64,000 nucleotides of DNA from a bacterium (GTDB lineage: Bacteria; Patescibacteriota; Minisyncoccia; Phycocordibacterales; UBA5272): assembly GCA_023267535.1 (NCBI GenBank), contig JAHFNC010000002.1:55426-119425 (forward strand). Direction: 5' to 3'. Position 1 is the stretch's first letter. Each line of letters starts with the position of its first letter. The notes under the pieces are model-generated. The model was not told the origin of the DNA and did no database searches. It worked only from the letters and a program-made list of their open reading frames with translations. Shown in pieces: positions 19,679-29,509 of the stretch. The position numbers and the translations under genes are program-made.

Positions 19679-20068
19679 ATGAAAATTCTAAAAATATTGA
19701 TAATTGAAGATGATGAAAGTCTCGCCAAACTATTGAAATCTTATTTTGAAGCCACTGGACAAAAAGCTGACTACTACACAGACGGATTAGTTGGTAAGAG
19801 AATTATAGAGGCGCATTATCCAGAGTATGATCTCATACTTCTAGATTTGATGCTTCCCGGAAAAGATGGACTTGATATTTTAAGCGATATGAATGAGGAG
19901 AATATACAAGTTCCAGTAATCATGATGACGGCACGAGATAGTTTAAGTGACATTTTAACAGCGTACTCTTTCGGAGTTTATGATTATCTCGTTAAGCCAT
20001 TCACATTGAAAAATTTATCATCAAAGATAAAAGCTCTAAGAAGAGAAGAGAGAGCAGGAAGTTATTAG
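19679..20068 (+). CDS. Single-domain (receiver-only) response regulator
   Basis: IIEDD, LLDLMLPG, MMTAR, DYLVKPF; ends without an output domain. Confidence 0.9.
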   Translation: MKILKILIIEDDESLAKLLKSYFEATGQKADYYTDGLVGKRIIEAHYPEYDLILLDLMLPGKDGLDILSDMNEENIQVPVIMMTARDSLSDILTAYSFGVYDYLVKPFTLKNLSSKIKALRREERAGSY

Positions 20069-20087
20069 AAATCTAAGGGTTAGATAG

Positions 20088-20120
20088 TTCATAAAAACTT
20101 CATCCTCTCTTTGTTATGCT
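20088..20120 (+). promoter_or_regulatory. OmpR/PhoB-type direct-repeat box plus -10 (site 3)
   Basis: TTCAT-aaaaac-TTCAT-N11-TATGCT. Confidence 0.7.
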
Positions 20121-20212
20121 GACCACATTGTGAAATTTATGAAATTAAATGGATAGGTAAATGAAAAATTATTAAGTAATCAAAATTAAAAAAATAAAAA
20201 TATAAAATTATT

Positions 20213-20914
20213 ATGAAAATAGAAAAAATAAAATTACATTCATTGTTTGCTTTGGCTGTTTTGGCATTTTCCCTTCTGGCCATGACAGGAGATATTGCGT
20301 TTGCTAAAGAAGGGGAAAGTGGGGGTACGAATTCTAACATCAGTGGCATTGACTCAGCTATAAATTTTGAAGAACATGGAGAAAGTTTGGTCACAAATGG
20401 TGGCAGTGACGGTAGTGATAATTCTGCGTCTATACAAGCACAAAGAGGTCGTGGTGATGATGGCTCTGTTTTAGATACTAATGAAAATCAAGGAAGTAGA
20501 AATAGTCGTGGAGATGATAATGTGGCAAGCGGAAGTGTTACAGATAGCTCAAGCTCTAACGTATCAGAAGATAACAGTAACGATGTCGGTGGCTCTAATA
20601 ATTCTGCAGAAGATGTGGGAGATGATAATTCTTCTTTAAGCTCATCGTCTAATTCTTCTTCCGATTCTTCCTTCGAATTAAATGGAGAGCAAAACAGAGA
20701 AGATTCTTCAGTAAACACAGCTTCTTCCAACGCTTTATTTATAGACAAGTCTTCTTCAGGAATGGATGTTGAATCAGACAACAATGGCTCAAGTCAGTCA
20801 GAAGGTGGACAAGACAATATCCAAAGTGGACAAGGGGCATCAAATTTTATTTCTAGTTTTGAAAATAGTATAAGTAATTTTTTTAGCAAATTAGGCGGAA
20901 TATTCAGATTCTAA
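20213..20914 (+). CDS. Secreted Ser/Asn/Asp-rich low-complexity protein
   Basis: Signal peptide, acidic low-complexity body, amphipathic C-terminus (FFSKLGGIFRF). Confidence 0.7.
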   Translation: MKIEKIKLHSLFALAVLAFSLLAMTGDIAFAKEGESGGTNSNISGIDSAINFEEHGESLVTNGGSDGSDNSASIQAQRGRGDDGSVLDTNENQGSRNSRGDDNVASGSVTDSSSSNVSEDNSNDVGGSNNSAEDVGDDNSSLSSSSNSSSDSSFELNGEQNREDSSVNTASSNALFIDKSSSGMDVESDNNGSSQSEGGQDNIQSGQGASNFISSFENSISNFFSKLGGIFRF

Positions 20915-20966
20915 TATTTCTTTTGGAAATTGACGACATAAATTAAAAATTAAATTAAAAATAATT

Positions 20967-23732
20967 ATGAAAAAAATATCGGTCTTAACAAAAAGGGTTT
21001 CCAAAAGTTTGATAAAAATAAAAAACATTTTGGAAACACTCAAAAATGGTCGTGTAAAGTTTTTGCAAAAAAAAATTAAAAAGATTGCTGGTATGGTCGG
21101 TGTAATTTCAATAATGCTTACTACGTTAACATTGCCTACACATGCGGCAGGAAAATTAGGACCAAAGTTGTTTTCGGTGAGTGTAACTCCAGCATCACCC
21201 ACCATTACCGTTGGCTCAACAACTCTGCTTACTGCGACTCCTCTTGACCAGTTAGGTGCTCCGTTCGTGGGAGCAACGGTGAGCTTTGCATCAGGGGATT
21301 CTCTTATCGCTACAGTAAATGCTGGCGGTGTGGTTACTGGTGTTGTCGCAGGTGGTCCTATAAATATTATCGTCACTGCTGATGATGGTGCGGGTGGCAT
21401 TGTCACCGCATTTGCTCCTGTGACGGTAAATCCGAACCCAAACACACCTCCTCCTCCAGCTCCGCCACTTCCAGTAAGTGCTACAACTGATGCGACAGGG
21501 AGTATTGTTTCGATTACTTTTGACAAAGTGATGTCACCCTCGGTCAGCCCATCGGGCTTTGCGGTCTCGGTTAATGGTGTTGCAGACTCTATAATCGGAG
21601 CAGCTGTGAATCCAGCTGGTTCTGCAACTATTGCACTGTCTATTGCAACAACAATTCTATCTGCTCAAACGGTTAGTGTTACCTACGCACCCGGAACGGT
21701 AACCGCTACTGACGGAACGGTACTCGGAGGGTTTGTGAACTTGGGCGCGACAAATGCAAGCACGGTGGCTCCGAGCACGAATGCTACCCTATCTTCAACC
21801 GCATACACGGTCAACAACACACTCCACACTATCACTAATGTTCTGGCCTCTACTACGCCGTCCGTAGTCCTATCTAACTTGACGCCCGCAGCTGGAGCGA
21901 CCATTTTCGGTATATTTCAAACGAATGGTTTCCAGGAAAATGGTCTGGTCCTCACTGGAGATACTCTTCAGGTCATTGCTCAAGACGGTATCACGACGAA
22001 TACGTACACGATAACAACTATCAGACAGCCTCAAACGATTTCCTTTTCTGTACTTACTGGTAAGACATACGGAGCGGCTGATTTCTCGGTTTCTGCAACG
22101 TCGAGCTCTGGGCTCACGGTCGCATTCACCGCAACGGGTTCGTGTACTGCTACGAGTACACTTGTTCATATAACTGGATTAGGTTCTTGCACCGTGACCG
22201 CTTCTCAAGCTGGGGATGCAAACTTCCTTCCGGCGACGAATGTGTTGCAAACGTTCTCCATTGCCCCCGCACCGCTCACGGTTACGGCACTAGTGCAGAG
22301 TAAGGTTTACGGCACGGCGAATCCAACTCTAACATCGACTACTACTGGCTTCGTGAATGGCGAAACTGCGGCGGTACTTACTGTACCTGTTGCGCTATTT
22401 ACAACCGCCACCACGACGAGTCCGACTGGTACATATCCTATTACACCGAGCGGTGCGACCAGTCCTAACTACACGATTACTTTTGTTCCGTCTACGCTTA
22501 CGGTAACTTCGGCACCGCTTACTATTACCGCCAACCTGCAGTCTAGACCTTTTGGTACGGCGAATCCAACTCTAACATCGACTACTACTGGCTTCGTGAA
22601 TGGTGACACATTGGCCTCGCTCGCGACACCTGTGGTGCTATCTACAACCGCACTCATCACGAGTCCGGCGGGCACATATCCCATCACCGTAAGCGGTGCG
22701 ACAAGTCCTAATTACACGATTACATTCGTACCCTCTGTTCTCACTGTTACTCCGGTAATTACTCTTACGTTCGTAACGGTAACTCCGGGAACAGCAACAA
22801 TTGGAGTCGGTGGGACACAACTTACTGTGAGTCTTCTTGATCAAAATGGTGTTGCCTTTACTGGGACAACAACCATAGTGTGGTCTTCCTCTAACACTGC
22901 GGTTGCCACTGTAAGTGCTACTGGCACGGTTACAGGTCTTGCGTCTGGAACTACAACGATTACCGCAAGTGCCACAAATGGGGCATCAACTGTTACAGGT
23001 ACAGCGACAATTACAGTAACACCTGTTCTTACAACAGTTACAATAGCTTCTTCTACAGTTCCGTTCTTGGTCAGCACGACACAACAATTAACTGCAAATC
23101 CATTGGATCAAAGTGGCGTAGCGTTTGTCGGAGCAACTGTCACGTGGGCTTCCAATAATCCCGCAATAGCAAGCATAAATCCGACAACAGGATTAATAAC
23201 GGCAGTCGGAGCAGGCACGGCGAACATAACTGCAACTGCGGTAAGCGGAACAAAAACGGTCACCAGTACTACGACAATCACCGTAGTAAGTCCTGTATTG
23301 ACTAGCGTCACAATCACTTCAGCAACATCTACAATCACTGCCTCGGGGACTCAGGCTTTTACAGTTATTTTGAAAGACCAAACTGGTGGAACATTTTCTG
23401 GTGCAACAGTTACATGGTCATCGTCTAACACTGCAGTTGCCACTGTAAATGCTACTGGTACGGTTACCGGTGTGTCATCTGGAACATCAACTATTATTGC
23501 AACAGCAGTTAGTGGATCAACAACTGTGACCGGGACATCAGTAATAACTGTCTTATCACCAACACCAGTACCGACACCAAGCATTTGTATTACTGGTGCT
23601 GACACTAACGGTGACGGAGTTATATCTACTCTAGAAATTTTAAATTATATAAGAGGATGGAAGACTGGCAATGTGCTCAGCTTACTTCTTCTTAAAGCCA
23701 TAGGCTTTTGGAAGGTCGGGGCAGGGTGTTAA
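20967..23732 (+). CDS. Large surface protein with Big_2 Ig-like, SwmB-like and MBG-like domains and a C-terminal EF-hand/dockerin-like motif
   Basis: WSSSNTAVATV...G.VTG Big_2 units; SKVYGTANP...GTYPIT MBG-type pair; ADTNGDGVISTLE. Confidence 0.8.
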   Translation: MKKISVLTKRVSKSLIKIKNILETLKNGRVKFLQKKIKKIAGMVGVISIMLTTLTLPTHAAGKLGPKLFSVSVTPASPTITVGSTTLLTATPLDQLGAPFVGATVSFASGDSLIATVNAGGVVTGVVAGGPINIIVTADDGAGGIVTAFAPVTVNPNPNTPPPPAPPLPVSATTDATGSIVSITFDKVMSPSVSPSGFAVSVNGVADSIIGAAVNPAGSATIALSIATTILSAQTVSVTYAPGTVTATDGTVLGGFVNLGATNASTVAPSTNATLSSTAYTVNNTLHTITNVLASTTPSVVLSNLTPAAGATIFGIFQTNGFQENGLVLTGDTLQVIAQDGITTNTYTITTIRQPQTISFSVLTGKTYGAADFSVSATSSSGLTVAFTATGSCTATSTLVHITGLGSCTVTASQAGDANFLPATNVLQTFSIAPAPLTVTALVQSKVYGTANPTLTSTTTGFVNGETAAVLTVPVALFTTATTTSPTGTYPITPSGATSPNYTITFVPSTLTVTSAPLTITANLQSRPFGTANPTLTSTTTGFVNGDTLASLATPVVLSTTALITSPAGTYPITVSGATSPNYTITFVPSVLTVTPVITLTFVTVTPGTATIGVGGTQLTVSLLDQNGVAFTGTTTIVWSSSNTAVATVSATGTVTGLASGTTTITASATNGASTVTGTATITVTPVLTTVTIASSTVPFLVSTTQQLTANPLDQSGVAFVGATVTWASNNPAIASINPTTGLITAVGAGTANITATAVSGTKTVTSTTTITVVSPVLTSVTITSATSTITASGTQAFTVILKDQTGGTFSGATVTWSSSNTAVATVNATGTVTGVSSGTSTIIATAVSGSTTVTGTSVITVLSPTPVPTPSICITGADTNGDGVISTLEILNYIRGWKTGNVLSLLLLKAIGFWKVGAGC

Positions 23733-23737
23733 AAGAG

Positions 23738-23770
23738 TTCATAAAAACTTCATTATGTATTTATTACGAT
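23738..23770 (+). promoter_or_regulatory. OmpR/PhoB-type direct-repeat box plus -10 (site 4)
   Basis: TTCAT-aaaaac-TTCAT-N11-TACGAT; 18 nt identical to site 3. Confidence 0.7.
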
Positions 23771-23912
23771 TAAATTAGTGTTAAGGGTAGTAAATAATAA
23801 TTAATGGAATTATTGAAAAAAGAATGAAAAATATATTAAAAAAAATAATTAAGAAAATTAAAAAGCAATTACAAAATAAATTAACATAAATTAACTTATC
23901 AACTTAAAAAAT

Positions 23913-26900
23913 ATGACAAATTTAAAATCAAAAATCAAGAAATTAGGAATGATGTCTTTAGGACTTTTATTCTTCTCAGTGTTAGGAGCAAACTCTGCTT
24001 TTGCATCCGACGTCACTCGTAGTTTCTCTACCACAACACCAACTGCAGGGACACCATTAACTGTTACTTTAACTATTAATGTAACTCCTCCAGATACAAC
24101 AGCACCAAATGATTTTTATATCATTGATGAAGTGTTGCCAGCAGGATGGGTTGTATCAGCTCCTGGAACAGGAGACATAACACAAGTTGGTCACATTAAG
24201 TGGGCAGTGTTAAGTGGAGCCACATCTACAGTAGATCAATATACTGTTAGTATCCCCGCTTCAGCAATTGGCACTAGTACATTCGGAGGACAGTTTGCTT
24301 TCGGTTCTAGTCTAGCTCTATCAAATATTCTTGGACCAACCGATGTAAATGTATCTGCACCAGTGGTCGTAACTCCTCCACCTGTAATAGCTACCTCTAC
24401 TCCAATTCTCACAAGTGTAAATGTAACACCTACAACTGCTTCAATCTTAGTTGGTGCTACTCAAGCGTTAACAGCGTCACCACTTGATGCAAGCAGTACA
24501 ACTTTTGTTGGAGCTACAACAGTGTGGTCTTCAAACAATACTGCAGTAGCAACAGTTAATCTTACAACTGGATTGGTTACAGCTATCGGAGCAGGTTCGG
24601 CGACGATTACAGCAACTGCTGTTTCTGGAACTACAACTGTAACAGGTACTTCAGTAATTACAGTTACTGCACCTGTAGTGACTCCTCCACCTGCGCCTAC
24701 TCCAATTCTCACAAGCGTAAATGTAACACCTACAACCGCTTCAATTCTAGTTGGTGCTACTCAAGCCTTAAGTGCTTCACCGCTTGATGCAAGTAGTACA
24801 GCTTTTGTTGGAGCTACAACAGTGTGGTCTTCAGATAATACTGCAATAGCAACAGTAGACGCTACATCTGGATTAGTTACAGCTGTTTCAGCTGGAACTG
24901 CAAACATTGTAGCTACAGTCACTAGCGGTACAACTACAGTTACAGGTACTTCAGTCATTACGGTTACTGCTCCAGTAGTTACTCCTCCACCTGTAATAGC
25001 TACCTCAACTCCAATTCTCACAAGTGTATCAGTTACTCCTGCTTCCGCTTTTGTTCCTAAAGCTACCACTCAACAACTTTCGGCAAGTCCGCTCGATCAA
25101 AATGGTACAGCAATAACCGGAGCAACTGTTACTTGGACATCTTCTGCTCCAACTCTAGCAACAGTTGATGCAACGGGACTTGTAACAGTTGCAAAGGTAA
25201 TAAGTGGCCGACTTCTACCTGCAACAATAACAATTACTGCGACTGTAGTAAGTGGAACCACAACCGTTACGGGTACCTCGATTATTACCATCACTTCTCC
25301 TGTTTTAACAAGTGTAACAATGACGCCAACAACTGCAACGCTCTCTATAGGGGGAACTCAGGCGTTGACCGCTTCTCCTTTTGATCAAAATGGATTAGCT
25401 TTCCCTGGAACAACTGCAACATGGACTTCGTCAAACTCAAACGTTGCTTCCGTTGATGCAACTGGTCTTGTTACAGCTATTTCTGGCGGAACAGCGACAA
25501 TTACTTCAACCGTTACCGATGGAATAAATACGGTAACAGGAACATCTGTTATAACAGTAAATGCTCCTGTTCCAGCACCAACCCCTAGTCCTGTTCTCTT
25601 TAGTGTTTCTGTCTCGCCAGCAACTGCATCTATTGCAGTTGGTGCAACACAGCAATTAACAGCAAGTCCGCTTGATCAGAACGCCTCCGCATTTATCGGT
25701 GCGAATATTACTTGGTCATCTTCCAACCCAGCAGTTGCAAGTGTCTCAGTAGCAGGGCTAGTTACTGCTGTATCAGTCGGTTCGGCAACGATTACAGCAA
25801 CTGCAGTCTCTGGAACAACAACAGTAACTGGAACAGGAACAATTACCGTGACCACAGTAGCTCCAGCTCCTGCACCAGGTGGTTCCATTCTGACAAGTGT
25901 TGTTACAACACCTGCTAGTGTTTCGGTTATAGTTGGCAGCACTCAACAGATTGTTACAAGTATTCTTGACCAAAACGGCGCTAATATTGCTGGTGTCACT
26001 CCATCTTTTACTTCTTCAAATACTACTATTGCAACAGTGAATTCTACTGGTCTCATTACAGCGGTAGCTCCAGGTTCGGTAATAATTACTGCAACGGCAA
26101 TTAATAAAGGACGCACTGTTACCGGAACTACAACTGTAACAGTAAATCCAGTTCCAATTCTCACAAGCGTAAATGTAACACCAGGAACTGCTTCAATCTT
26201 AGTTGGTGCTACACAACAACTAACATCATCAGCTCTTGACCAAAATAGTACAACTTTTGTTGGTGCAACAGTAACATGGTCATCTAGCGATACAACTATT
26301 GCAACTGTTGATGCAAATGGATTAGTTACAGCTATCGGAGCAGGAACATCTACCATTACAGCAACTGCAGTAAGTGGTACGACAACTGTAACAGGTACTT
26401 CAGTAATTACAGTTACTGCACCTGTAGTGACTCCTCCACCTGTAATAGCTACCTCAACTCCAATTCTCACAAGCGTAAATGTAACACCTACAACTGCTTC
26501 AATCTTAGTTGGTGCTACTCAAGCGTTAAGTGCATTACCGCTTGATGCAAGTAGTACAGCTTTTGTTGGAGCTACAACAGTGTGGTCTTCAAACAATACT
26601 GCAGTAGCAACAGTTAATCTTACAACTGGATTGGTTACAGCTATCGGAGCAGGTTCGGCGACGATTACAGCAACTGCAGTAAGTGGTACGACAACTGTAA
26701 CAGGTACTTCAGTAATTACAGTTACTGCACCTGTAGTGACTCCTCCACCTGTAATAGCTACCTCAACTCCAATTCTCACAAGCGTAAATGTAACACCTAC
26801 AACTGCTTCAATCTTAGTTGGTGCTACTCAAGCGTTAAGTGCATTACCGCTTGATGCAAGTAGTACAGCTTTTGTTGGAGCTACAACAGCATGGTCTTCA

Positions 26901-27560
26901 GATAACACCGCTGTAGCAACAGTAGATGCTGTCTCTGGATTAGTTGCAGCTATCTCTGCTGGAACTGCAAATATTATAGCTACAGTTACTAGTGGTACAA
27001 CTACAGTTACAGGTACTTCAACTATTACTGTGACTGCACCAGTGGTTGTTCCACCAGTAGTAACAGGAGGTGGAGGCGGTGGTGGAGGTAGCTCTGGATT
27101 CTTTATTTCAGAACATGAATCTTCTACAGATAACAATCACAACGATAAATCTACAAAGGACAATAACAAAACTAAAAACGATAACTCTAACGAATCAAAA
27201 AGTGATACCACATCTCACGATTCTAACCGAAACAGTGGAAAAGTCTTGGGCGCTACTTCTGTAAATCTTGATAAAAATCTCAGCTTAGGTACCAAAGGTG
27301 ATAACGTCACAGCTTTACAAAAAGTATTAATTAGTATGGGATTCCTAAAAATAAATAATACTACTGGATTTTTCGGACCACTAACTAGAAACGCACTTAT
27401 AGCATGGCAAAAGAAAAATAATCTCCCAGCGACAGGTTTCTTCGGAAAATTATCTAGAGAAATGTTTACTAAGACATTAACTCAGACAGAAGTAAGTCAC
27501 AATTCCTCTTCGGGGAACGCGTCAAACGATTCATCATCTAAAAGCAACAACTCATTATAA
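23913..27560 (+). CDS. Large surface protein with about 9 Big_2 Ig-like repeats and a C-terminal peptidoglycan-binding domain
   Basis: Signal peptide; repeated ILTSVNVTP...WSS.N..VATV...GLVTA; LQKVL...TGFFGPLTRNAL..WQ PG_binding_1 pattern. Confidence 0.85.
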   Translation: MTNLKSKIKKLGMMSLGLLFFSVLGANSAFASDVTRSFSTTTPTAGTPLTVTLTINVTPPDTTAPNDFYIIDEVLPAGWVVSAPGTGDITQVGHIKWAVLSGATSTVDQYTVSIPASAIGTSTFGGQFAFGSSLALSNILGPTDVNVSAPVVVTPPPVIATSTPILTSVNVTPTTASILVGATQALTASPLDASSTTFVGATTVWSSNNTAVATVNLTTGLVTAIGAGSATITATAVSGTTTVTGTSVITVTAPVVTPPPAPTPILTSVNVTPTTASILVGATQALSASPLDASSTAFVGATTVWSSDNTAIATVDATSGLVTAVSAGTANIVATVTSGTTTVTGTSVITVTAPVVTPPPVIATSTPILTSVSVTPASAFVPKATTQQLSASPLDQNGTAITGATVTWTSSAPTLATVDATGLVTVAKVISGRLLPATITITATVVSGTTTVTGTSIITITSPVLTSVTMTPTTATLSIGGTQALTASPFDQNGLAFPGTTATWTSSNSNVASVDATGLVTAISGGTATITSTVTDGINTVTGTSVITVNAPVPAPTPSPVLFSVSVSPATASIAVGATQQLTASPLDQNASAFIGANITWSSSNPAVASVSVAGLVTAVSVGSATITATAVSGTTTVTGTGTITVTTVAPAPAPGGSILTSVVTTPASVSVIVGSTQQIVTSILDQNGANIAGVTPSFTSSNTTIATVNSTGLITAVAPGSVIITATAINKGRTVTGTTTVTVNPVPILTSVNVTPGTASILVGATQQLTSSALDQNSTTFVGATVTWSSSDTTIATVDANGLVTAIGAGTSTITATAVSGTTTVTGTSVITVTAPVVTPPPVIATSTPILTSVNVTPTTASILVGATQALSALPLDASSTAFVGATTVWSSNNTAVATVNLTTGLVTAIGAGSATITATAVSGTTTVTGTSVITVTAPVVTPPPVIATSTPILTSVNVTPTTASILVGATQALSALPLDASSTAFVGATTAWSSDNTAVATVDAVSGLVAAISAGTANIIATVTSGTTTVTGTSTITVTAPVVVPPVVTGGGGGGGGSSGFFISEHESSTDNNHNDKSTKDNNKTKNDNSNESKSDTTSHDSNRNSGKVLGATSVNLDKNLSLGTKGDNVTALQKVLISMGFLKINNTTGFFGPLTRNALIAWQKKNNLPATGFFGKLSREMFTKTLTQTEVSHNSSSGNASNDSSSKSNNSL
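24372..27050 (+). repeat. About 300-309-bp internal coding repeats
   Basis: Linker actcctccacctgtaatagctacctc at 24372, 24981, 26430 and 26739; the last two are 309 bp apart with long identical stretches. Confidence 0.85.
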
Positions 27561-27581
27561 AAATCTACTAATATAAAAAAT

Positions 27582-28067
27582 ATGAACAAAAGAATTTATT
27601 GGATAGTGCTCTTAATAATCATAATCATTGGTATCGGGGTATATATTTACTCTCCAAATACATCACAAGTAGAGAACACTCAGTCCACATCTTCAACTAA
27701 TAGTCAGCCCTACGACAATAACTCAGGTGCTACACCTACAAATCAAGCACAAGATACTGGGAACACTGGAAACAGTCAGACCCCTGTGAAAGTAAAGGAG
27801 TTTATTGTTTCTGGAAGTAATTTCTCAATGTCTCCAAATGTAATAACAGTTAACAAAGGGGATACGGTTAAAATAACTTTTAGAGATGATAATGGATTTC
27901 ATAATCTACAAGTGGAAGGTTATGGAGTCGGAACACCAAATCTTCAAACTGGAGGTGAAAGTGTTATACAATTCGTAGCTGATAAAGCGGGAACCTTCCA
28001 ATATTACTGTTCGGTAGATAGTCATAGAGACAAAGGTATGGTCGGAAAACTCATTGTGAATCCATAA
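27582..28067 (+). CDS. Membrane-anchored cupredoxin (plastocyanin/azurin-like)
   Basis: HN...YYCSVDSHRDKGMVG type-1 copper ligands H/C/H/M. Confidence 0.88.
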   Translation: MNKRIYWIVLLIIIIIGIGVYIYSPNTSQVENTQSTSSTNSQPYDNNSGATPTNQAQDTGNTGNSQTPVKVKEFIVSGSNFSMSPNVITVNKGDTVKITFRDDNGFHNLQVEGYGVGTPNLQTGGESVIQFVADKAGTFQYYCSVDSHRDKGMVGKLIVNP

Positions 28068-28122
28068 ATTGTACAAGTCATAATGAGTTACTAGATCTTT
28101 CCATTGCTTTTTAAAAAGACAT

Positions 28123-28161
28123 AAAAGAACAACCGCACCAAACGGTGCGGTTGTTCTTTTT
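28123..28161 (+). terminator. Intrinsic terminator
   Basis: aaaagaacaaccgcacc-aaac-ggtgcggttgttctttt. Confidence 0.85.
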
Positions 28162-28243
28162 GTATCTAATAGACAGGGGTGTGAAAGGGTGTTTATTTAA
28201 GATATAATGTAAAGAAGTGCAATTAATTAAATTTAATATATCT

Positions 28244-28756
28244 ATGAACAAAAAATTAGTAATCGGAACTGTTTCTATTTTTATGATGACCTCTTTTGCT
28301 TTGGCACAACAGGATAATCAAAATGAAAATAAACCTCAACCAAAAATCCCTAGTGTGATTAGTAACATGATGGTACCACCTCAGATTTCTACAGGTGATT
28401 CAGCAAAAGATGCTCAAGTTAAAGCGTTACTAAAAGAAATGGAGGATAAAGTTTTGGCGATTCGTACTGAATACGAAGCTAAAATAAAGGCTATAGTTGG
28501 CAACAAACTCGAGAGACCTCAAGCTGCCTCAGGTACTCCCATGATGCGCGGAGCAAATAGAGGAGAGGGGATAAAGCGGGGAGTAATGATGAATTCTTCT
28601 GGTGCACCAGCAGCACAAAACACTCAAACATCTGTTGTCGCGCCAAGTGGTCAGCCAACCTTACAAAATAGTGAGGCTACAGTAAATACTATTGCAAACA
28701 CTGTGGTAAATACAGCAACTATTACTAATTTTTTAAAAAGTTTTTTCAATAAATAA
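28244..28756 (+). CDS. Hypothetical secreted protein
   Basis: MNKKLVIG...SFALA signal peptide; coiled-coil segment. Confidence 0.7.
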   Translation: MNKKLVIGTVSIFMMTSFALAQQDNQNENKPQPKIPSVISNMMVPPQISTGDSAKDAQVKALLKEMEDKVLAIRTEYEAKIKAIVGNKLERPQAASGTPMMRGANRGEGIKRGVMMNSSGAPAAQNTQTSVVAPSGQPTLQNSEATVNTIANTVVNTATITNFLKSFFNK

Positions 28757-28778
28757 TAAACAAATCTTAATCTTTTAA

Positions 28779-28817
28779 AAAGGCGCCGAAAGCTTTGCTT
28801 TCGGCGCCTTTCTTTTT
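28779..28817. terminator. Bidirectional terminator (GC-TTT-GC loop hairpin)
   Basis: aaaggcgccgaaagc-ttt-gctttcggcgccttt between convergent genes. Confidence 0.85.
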
Positions 28818-28823
28818 CATTAT

Positions 28824-29459
28824 TTAATGTGCCAATGTAAAACCTATTACTTTCTTTGCTCCATTTTTTAATAAAATATTTCTAGCTTCATTCATGGTGG
28901 CATAACTTGTAGCAACATCATCTATTAAAATTATATTTTTCTCAAAAATTTCTTCTTTATTTTTAACGGCAAAAGAATTTTTAATATTTTCTATTCTTTC
29001 GTTTTTGTTTCTTATTATCGCTTGTCTTTTATTTGTTTTATTTTTTATTAAAATATTGTTATATAAATCTACTTTAAAAAAGTTTGAAAACTCTTTAGCA
29101 ATAAGCTCAGCTTGATTATATCCTCGAACATACAATCTTATTTTTGATACTGGTATTGGGATAATTATTGGATTATCTATTTCGCTTAAAACAAAACTAA
29201 AATAATAAAAAGATTCTGAAGTTAACGGATTTATTAGGTCTTTTCTATGGAAATATTTTATATTTCTAATTATTTTTCTAGTTAGTAAATCCTTGTATGA
29301 AAAATATGAATAAACTAAAAGATTTTCTGTATCTATATTCTTTCTTAAATTATTTAGACAAATTTTGCAAATTATTGTGTTCTCTTTTTTACACCCGATA
29401 CATTTCTTCGGAAAAAATGTATCAAATAATTTTTCTGTAAAATTATGGAAAATCCACAT
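28824..29459 (-). CDS. comF: ComF family competence protein
   Basis: FFPKKCIGC...ICKIC zinc ribbon, RGYNQA, ILIDDVATS PRTase-like motif. Confidence 0.9.
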   Translation of the reverse strand: MWIFHNFTEKLFDTFFPKKCIGCKKENTIICKICLNNLRKNIDTENLLVYSYFSYKDLLTRKIIRNIKYFHRKDLINPLTSESFYYFSFVLSEIDNPIIIPIPVSKIRLYVRGYNQAELIAKEFSNFFKVDLYNNILIKNKTNKRQAIIRNKNERIENIKNSFAVKNKEEIFEKNIILIDDVATSYATMNEARNILLKNGAKKVIGFTLAH

Positions 29460-29509
29460 ATACAGTTATTTTATAATAGAATCGTAATTTTATGTTGTAT
29501 AATTAAGTT

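Noticed and set aside
20891-27136. Many Val/Thr/Ala-rich minus-strand ORFs
   Set aside because: Antisense shadows of the repetitive Ig-domain genes.
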